64,000 nt of DNA from the human T2T-CHM13v2.0 reference genome, Homo sapiens, in assembly GCF_009914755.1 (NCBI RefSeq), contig NC_060936.1, one strand, 5' to 3'. Position 1 is the first letter of the stretch. Each line of letters starts with the position of its first letter. Positions 56,470 to 64,000 of the stretch are shown here, one piece after another. The notes beneath the pieces were generated by a model. That model saw only the letters and a list, made by a program, of their open reading frames with translations. It was not told where the DNA came from and did not search any database. The translations under genes were made by a program, and so were the position numbers.

Positions 56470-59400
56470 ATTTTTTTCCTTACAACTTTTATTTTAGGTT
56501 CAAGGGGTACATGTGAAGGTTAGTTACATGGGTAAATTGCATGTCATAGGGATTTGGTGTGCAGATAATTTTGCCATCCAGATAAGCAACATAATACTTG
56601 ACAGATGGTTTTTGAATCCTCACCCTCCTCCCATCCTCCACCCTCAAGTAGGCTCCAGTGTCTATTGCGTCCTTTTTTGTGTCCATGTGTACTCAATGTT
56701 TAGCTTCCACTTATAAGTGAGAATATTTGATATTTGTTTTTCCATTCCTGTGTTAATTTGCGTAGCGTAATGAACTTCAGCTCCATCCATATTGTAGCAA
56801 AGGACATAATTCCATTCTTCTTTATGGGTGCATAGTATTCCATGGTGTATATGTACCACATGTTATTTATTCAGTCCACTATTGATGGGCATCTAGGCTT
56901 ATTCCTTGTCCTTGCAATTATGAAAACTGTTGTGATTAACATATATATGCATGTGTCTTTATGGTGGAATAATTTATATTCTTTTGGGTATATACCCAGT
57001 AATGGGATTGCTAGATCAAATGGCAGTTCTATTTTAAGTTCTTTGAGAAATTGCCAGACTTCTTTCCTTAATGCCCGAACCAATTTATATTCCCACCAAC
57101 AGTGTATCAGCAGTCCCTTTTCTCAGCAACCTCACCATCTGTTATTTTTGGCTATAAAAAGCCATTCTGACTGGTGTGAGATATCTCATTATGGTTTTGA
57201 TTTGCATTTCCCTAATGATTAGTAATATTGAGCATTTTTTCATATGCCTGTTGGCCATTTATGTCTTCTCTTGAGACGTATCTGTTCATGTCCTTTGCCC
57301 ATTTATTAAATGGGATTGTTTGTGTTTTTGCTGGTTGATTTGTTTAAGTTCCTTACAGATTCTGGATATTAGAGCTTTGTCAGATGCATAGTTTGCAAAC
57401 ATTTTCTCCCATTCTGTAGGTTGTCTGTTTACTCTGTTAGTTTCTTTTGCTGTTCAGAAACTCTTTAGTTTAATTAGTTCCCACTTTTCAATTTTTGTTT
57501 TTGTTGCAATTGCTCCTGGAGACTTTGTCATACCTTTGCCAGGGCTGATGTCCAGAATGGTATTTCCTAAGTTTTCTCCTAGGGTTTTTATAGTTTTAGA
57601 TTTTACATTTAAGACTTTAATTCATCTTGGGTTGATTTTTGTATGTAGTGAAAGGTAAGGGTCCAGTTTCAATCTTTTGCATATGGCTAGCCAGTTATCC
57701 CAGCACCATTTATTGAATAGGGAATCCTTTCCCTATTGCTTGTTACTGTCAGCTTTGTTGAAGATCAGATAGTTGTAGGTGTGCAGCTTTATTTCTTGGT
57801 TCTCGAACCTGTTCCGCTGGTCTATCTGTCTGTTTCTGTACAAGTACCACACTCTTTTTGGTTACTGTAGCCTTGTAATATAGCTTGAAGTCAGGTAGCA
57901 CAATGTCTCCAGTCTCCAGACCTGTTCTTTTTGTTAAGATTGCTTTGGCTATTCAGGCTCATTTTTTGTTCCATATGACTTTTTAAATAGTTTTTTTTTC
58001 TAATTTTGTGAAGAATATCATTGGTAGCTTGATAGGAATAGTATTTAATGTGTAAATTGCTTTGGGCAGTGTGGCCACTTTAACAATATTGGTTCTTTCT
58101 ATCCGTGAGCATGGAATGTTTTTCCATTCGTTTGTGTCATCTCTGATTTCCTTGAGCAGTGGTTTGTGATTTTTGTAGAGAACTTTCACTTCTGCAGTGG
58201 GGAAGCTGTATTCCCAGGTATTTTATTCTTTTTCTGGCTATTGTGAATTGGATTATGTTCATGACCTGACTCTCATCTTGGGTATTAATGGTGTGTAGAA
58301 ATGCTACTGATTTTTGTACAAGGGCTGATGGTAACAAATTCCCTTAGCATTTGCATGTCTGAAAAGATTCTATTTTTCCTTCACTTATGAAGTTTAGTTT
58401 GGCTGAATATGAAATTCTTGGTTAAAAATTATCTACTTTAGGAATGTTGAATATAGGCCCCCAATCTCTTCTGGCTTGTAGGGTTTCTGCTGAAAGGTTC
58501 ACTTTTAGCATGAAGTGTTTCCCTTTGTATGTTACCTGCACCTTCTCTCTAGCTGCCTTTAATATTTTTTTCTTTTATGTTGACCTGGGAGAATCTGATG
58601 ACTATGTGTCTTGGGGATAGTTGTCTTGTATAGTATCTTGCAGGGGTTCTCTGAATTTCCTGGATTTGAATGTCAACCTCTCTAGTTAGAATTTTCATGG
58701 GCAATATTCTCAAATATTTTTTCCCAGTTGCATGCTCTTTTTCCTTCTCTTTCTGAGACACCAATGAGTTATAGATTTGGTACCTTTACATAATCCCATA
58801 TTTCCCAGAGGTTTTGTTCATTTTGTAAATTCTTTTTTCTTTATTTTTGTCTAACTGAATTAATTCAAAGAATTGGTCTTCGTGCTCCAAAATTCTTTCC
58901 TCAACTTGATCTAGTCTGCTGTTAATAGTTCTAATTGTGTTATGAAATTCTTGAATTGAGTTTTTCATCCATATCAGCTCAACTTGGTTCCTTCTTAAAA
59001 TAGCTAATTTGTCTTTCATCTCTTGAATCGTTTTACTGGATTTCTTAGGTTCCTTGGAATGGTTTTCAACTTTCTCCTGAGTCTCAATGATCTTCATTGC
59101 CACCTAGATTCTGATTTCTACACCTGTCATTCCTTCTGGTTAAGAACCATTGCTGGAGAGGTAGTGCGGTTGTTTGGAGGTAAGGAGACACTCTGGCTTT
59201 TAGAGTTGCCAGACTTCTTGCGCCAGTTTTTTTCTCATCTGTGTGGGCTGATGTTCCTTTAACTGTGGTGTAATTGGAGTATAGTCAGTTGGCTTCATTT
59301 CTGGATGTTTTCAGAGGACTGAGGCTTTGCACGGGATCTTTATTTGTGGCTGAATTCTTGCTCTTGGTTTCACAGGGAGGTGTGTTAGCAAAGTATTTTT

Positions 59401-61265
59401 GTTGTTGAAGTTTGGGCTGGGATCTAATAGATGGTGCCTAAGCATAATGACTGGCAGGCAGGCTGTTGATCATCCATGTGGCTTCTCTGTATTTCCTCAC
59501 ATTTGTAGCTGTGCTCTCTCTCAGTGCTCTGTTATTGTGGGCTTCTCTCATACTTGAGATTAGTGGCCGCAGATCTTGGCTTGGCATTTCCAGGCTGCTC
59601 AGCACAGCTCTGGGGTGAGCTCAGGCATTTTGTCCCCTCCCCTGCTTGGGGGCAGCAGGGCCAGGAACCTTGGCAATGGCAATGGCAGAGGGCCTGTCAC
59701 TCGTCTCCATGGGCTCCACTCAGAGAAAAGCATAGCTGCTGCCAATCAGAAAGATCAGCATGAGGTGAGGTGGCTGTATTGTGAACCCAAGCCAGGGGGC
59801 CCTGCCTGGTGAAGAGCAGCAGGGGCATGAGGCTCATGGGGAAGACAGTCTGGTCTCTCCTCTGTAGTGTGACTGTGGCATTCTGAAGGTGTAAGCATTC
59901 AGGCTCTTTGTTCCTTCCGCAGCCTAGTGGCAGCATGGGTAGATACCACTGCAGTGGTAGTGGCAGAGGGGCTGTCAGTTGCTTTTGGGAACTCCACCCC
60001 AGAGAGACACAGGGCTGCTGCCAGTGGGAATGTTCAGCTGGAGATGGGGTGGCTACGCTATGAGCCCAAGCCCAGGGCCCTGCCTAGTGAAGAGCAGGGG
60101 GTCAGGGGCTCACAGGAAGGAGAGGCTGGCTCCCCTCTGTATGGTGGCTGTGTATGCTCGAGGTGCCAGCAAAGCAATCAGAGTCTGTGTTCCGTGTTCG
60201 TTCCCTAGCCCAAGGGCAGCAAGGGCAGTACCACTGCAGTGACAGCGGCAAAGTGGCTGTCAGTGGTCTCTGGGAACTCCGCCCCAGACAGATACAGAGC
60301 CACAGCTAATGGGAATGCTCAGCTGGGGGTGGGGATACCATGCAGCGGGCCCAAGATGGGGGCCCTGCCTGGTAGAGAGTAGGGGGCAAGGGATTCACAG
60401 GGAAGAAAGACTCGGCTCCTCCTCATGTGGTGGCTGTAGCATGCTGGAGGTGCCAGGAAAGCAATCAGTCTCTTTGTTCCTTCCCCAGCCCGAGAGCAGC
60501 AAGACTAGTATGCTGTCATGGCAATGTAGAGAACCTGTGGTTTGTCTCTGGGATTTCCTCCCCAGAGAAATGCAGAGCTGCCACCACCTGAAGTGCCTAG
60601 GTCAAGGCAGGGCAGCTGTGCTGGGGGCTCAGGTGGGGAGGCCTGCCTAGTGAGGAGTAGCAGGCACATGAACTTGCATGGAAAACAGTGTGGCCACTTT
60701 TCTGTAAGGCAGTTGTTCTATGCTGGAGGTCTGTGATAGTCCTTAGGCTCTTCACCCTCTTCCCAGCCTGAAGGCAGTAGGGGCGGGGGCTATGGAAGTG
60801 GCAAAAAAAAAAACGGTGTTCCTGTTGTGTTACCTCTGCGAGCTCCATCCCATAGAAATGCAGAGCTGCTACCAGCCCAAGTCCTCAGGCGGGGGTGGAG
60901 TGGCTGTGCTGGGGGCCCAGGCCAGTGGGCTTTGCCTGGCAAGGTTTAGCGGAGGCCTGCAGTCTGTCTGCTCCTCAGCACCATGAATTCGACTCCATGC
61001 AGCTCTCCATGTAAGTGCAGGCCTGGTGGAGGACAGGACTCGGGGGGTTGTCAGGGGCATCCCCTGTGCCCAGGATTGTACGGGTTCATGGCAGAAGTGT
61101 GGGTCCCTAGGGACTGTCACTCACTCATCATTTCCTCGTTGTGGGGAGCCTCCCTTGGCTCCATGCCAATCCCGGGTGGGCAGCTGTCCTGTCTCACTCT
61201 TCTTTGCTCTCTGTGGGTTATGTTACTTCTGTGATGAATCCCAAAGTGTCCTCCTTCAAATTATG
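56470..61265 (-). mobile_element. Old primate L1 (L1PA13-16/L1PB-like) with 5'UTR, ORF1 and 3' ORF2, internal deletion at ~58320
   Basis: 3'UTR at 56470, ORF2 remnants, an abrupt jump to the ORF1 end at ~58320, ORF1 ORFs 58549..59103, and a long 5'UTR with ~280-bp tandem units (CCTGCCT.GT at ~59801, 60079, 60364, 60643). Confidence 0.88.
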
Positions 61266-62007
61266 TGAATTTGTTCTTGCAGTCCTGTCAAATTAACCAC
61301 TTTACCTTTTACCTGTGATAAAGATTGTGTCTTTACTACAGAATCTCTCTCTCCTTTTTTTTTTTCTTTTTTTTGCCTTAACAAGCCTGATTTCTATTAT
61401 CTAGGAAGATGTTAGGATTTAATTAACAGCTCTGTCACGTCTTCTTCAACTCAAAAATAAAGGTTAATGGAGGTTTTGCTTATTGTTCATATTGTCTTTT
61501 TGTAATCTTAACTGTCTTGGACACAGCTTTTCATTCAGCTCTGAGAAGTTTCTAGAGTAGGGTTTCCCTCATATTTTTGAAATTATAGTCACTTTCTGAG
61601 AACAACAGAATGTACCAGACCTATTCTATTTTTTTCCTGTTCTAAGCAGGATTTATGTATTCTCTAGGAGTTCCAGGTCCTTTTGATAGAAATAAATATT
61701 ACTTTAACCAAAAATCTAGTTTCCAGGGTTGCATATCCGAGTTTGTGGGTTAGTGCTATTGTTGCTATTGGAATACTTCTTGTAGTGACTGGCGGTGCCG
61801 GAAAATATATGGATTGCCAAATCTATAATTTTACCTCCTCCCATCCCCAATTTAACATAGTAAAGTAATATTTCACTGAAGATCACAGAATATATATACA
61901 CACATATCATTAAAGTAATATTGTAGCTTAGGGAAGAGTTCAGGGAAAGGGCTATATTCTGGAAATTGTAGAGATCTTTCTTAAAGGATCTCTAAGCTGT
62001 TATGTAC

Positions 62008-62390
62008 TTGTCTTAGTGAGCTTGGGCCACTATAACAGAATACCATAGACCGGTGGTATGAAAGAGAGACATTTATTTCTCACCGTTCTAATAGCTGGAA
62101 GTCTCAGATCAGAGTGCCAGCATGGCAGAAGTGTGGGTCCCTAGGGACTGTCACTCATCATTTCCCCATTGTGGGGAGCCTCCCTTGGCTCCATGGCAAT
62201 CCTGGATGGGCAGCTGCTCTGTGTCGCTCTTCTTTGCTCTCTGTAGGTTATGTGGCTTCTGTGATGAATCCCAAAGTGTCCTCCTTCAGGTCATGTAAAT
62301 TTGTTCTTGGAGTCCTGTCAAATTAACCACTTTACCAGTGAGGGCTTTCTACTAGCCTTGCAGATGACTGCCTTCTGGAGAACTCATCTC
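62008..62390 (-). mobile_element. MLT1-type MaLR LTR fragment interrupted by a local duplication (62121-62336)
   Basis: TGTCTTAGT...TATAACAGAATACCATAGAC...GATCAGAGTGCCAGCATGG | insert | GTGAGGGCTTTCT...CTTGCAGATGACTGCCTTCT. Confidence 0.75.
62121..62336 (+). repeat. Direct local duplicate of 61087-61306
   Basis: ~92% identical (about 17 substitutions and one 4-nt indel by manual alignment). Confidence 0.92.
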
Positions 62391-62414
62391 TCTTTTTTTT
62401 TCCTCTCTCTCTCT

Positions 62415-62770
62415 TTTTTTAAATTTTTTTTTAAATTTTTTTATTATACTTTAAGTTCTAGGGTACATGTGCACAACGTGCAGGTTTGTTACATATGTAT
62501 ACATGTGACATGTTGGTGTGCTGCACCCATTAACTCCTCATTCTCCCAGTGCTATCTCTCCTCCCTCCCCCCACCCCACAACAGGCCCCGGTGTGTGATG
62601 TTCCCCTTCCTGTGTCCAAGTGTTCTCACTGTTCAATTCCCACCTATGAGTGAGAACATGTGGTGTTTGGTTTTCTGTCCTTGTGATAGTTTGCTGAGAA
62701 TGATGGTTTCCAGCTTCATCCATGTCCCTACAAAGGACATGAACTCATCATTTTTTATGGCTGCATAATT
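62415..62770 (-). mobile_element. Short L1PA 3' end
   Basis: TTATTATACTTTAAGTTCTAGGGTACATGTGCACAACG...TTTTTTATGGCTGCATA. Confidence 0.92.
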
Positions 62771-63899
62771 TTCACATAGCTTCGTTTCTACAATCACAAC
62801 ATTCCTGAGGTAAACAGGCAAGGTGTAATCATTCTCTTTTTACAGAGGGAGAACAAGGAACTTAGGGAAATCAAAATGGGGACACTAACAGGATTTCTGT
62901 GGAAATTTAAGTAAATGAGAATTTGTAGTAAATTTTTTATCCTAAAACAAATAACTCACTTTGGCCGAAAAATGGGATGTTACCCAAGGTCCCCTACTGG
63001 GCCGGCGGAGAAAAGGACCTGCCTCCTACAGGGGCACAAACAAGGCAGACTAGGACCCAGCAGTCGGCCAAGGCCCAAGGGTCTCCAGTAAGGAAAATGT
63101 AAAATGTGAGTGTGTGAGACTGGCCTAAGATATAGGAAGAGCAGTAAAGAGAAGAAAACTGACGAGCAGAGGGGGAAAAGAATTATTAAACATGGTCAAG
63201 GAGCAAGGAGCACGACAAAGCCTCAGGATTTCTTCAAGGGATACTGCTGTGCCAGGTCTCAAGGGCAGAAGGATACAAGCACAAGACACCAGGGCCACCA
63301 AGCTGATGGGGTTACTGAGCCTCTGGACAGCACCTTCTGATAGGAAGCAAGGAAGCACACTACAAAGGCTGCAATCCTGGAGGCTGAGACAGTCAAGAGG
63401 GAGTGGAAGGGCCTCTGCTGCTCTGGGAAGGTATCTTATAGGGCAAATAAGCTCTTACTGTGTGCCTAAGAGAAAGGAAGAGGGAAGCGAGGCAGGTGTC
63501 ATGGCCTTAAGAACTTTCTAGAGGTTTCTATTTATTGACATTTGACCTAGACCTCTTCATGAGCAAGGCGCAGCCTTGGGCTACAGGTAGGAAAGTCAGC
63601 ATCCTACTCTCTCCTCAATTCCATCTGTTAATCCACCAACCCAAATCCCTCCCACCCCCACCTGAAGTCCAAATAAGGTAAAATGATAAAATGATGTGCT
63701 GTTCTCTCAACAGTTGGCTGAGTCTGAATTGGAGGGTAGGAAGCATTTGAAGCTCTGCCCATTTAGTTCCAGAACAAAAAATAAGCAGAGGCAGGAGGTG
63801 GAGAGCAAAGACGCTGGCAGCCCTGCGTCTGGTCTTTATAGCTGTGTCTTTGGATTTGTAGGCCACTCCTCAACTTTTCAGCTCCCGCACGATTCCTTA

Positions 63900-63998
<99 letters not shown>

Positions 63999-64000
63999 AA

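Noticed and set aside
59560-61000. ~280-bp GC-rich tandem units with many short ORFs
   Set aside because: Explained as the repeated 5'UTR of an old primate L1; not a separate gene or novel array.

Overview
Repeat-rich human/primate genomic DNA. It contains the complete six-exon CLEC6A (Dectin-2) C-type lectin gene on the + strand: CDS 7878-28921, 630 nt, 209 aa, all introns GT-AG, with EPN and WND motifs. From recall this places the window in the 12p13 Dectin-2 cluster, and the right end probably lies just upstream of CLEC4D. The left edge is a ~75-bp SATR-type satellite array fused to a truncated HERV-E (LTR2-family 5' LTR plus tRNA-Glu PBS). Other features are a rare SVA2 element ~3.9 kb upstream of the ATG, a sense RPL15 retrocopy and a 968-bp HERV-K LTR5 solo LTR in intron 3, a probable RAD21 3'UTR retrocopy fused to an L1 5' half, a U6 pseudogene, a HERV-H LTR7-family solo LTR, and many L1/Alu/MaLR/MIR/L2 fragments. 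I see no convincing wholly new biological system. The most interesting non-obvious signals are (1) two upstream ORFs chained into the CLEC6A start by ATGA and TAATG stop/start overlaps, (2) four independent local templated duplications that look like repair or template-switch scars, and (3) an ultra-short L1 3'-transduction with a perfect 14-bp TSD. Repeat subfamily names come from recalled consensus sequences and need RepeatMasker/Dfam confirmation.
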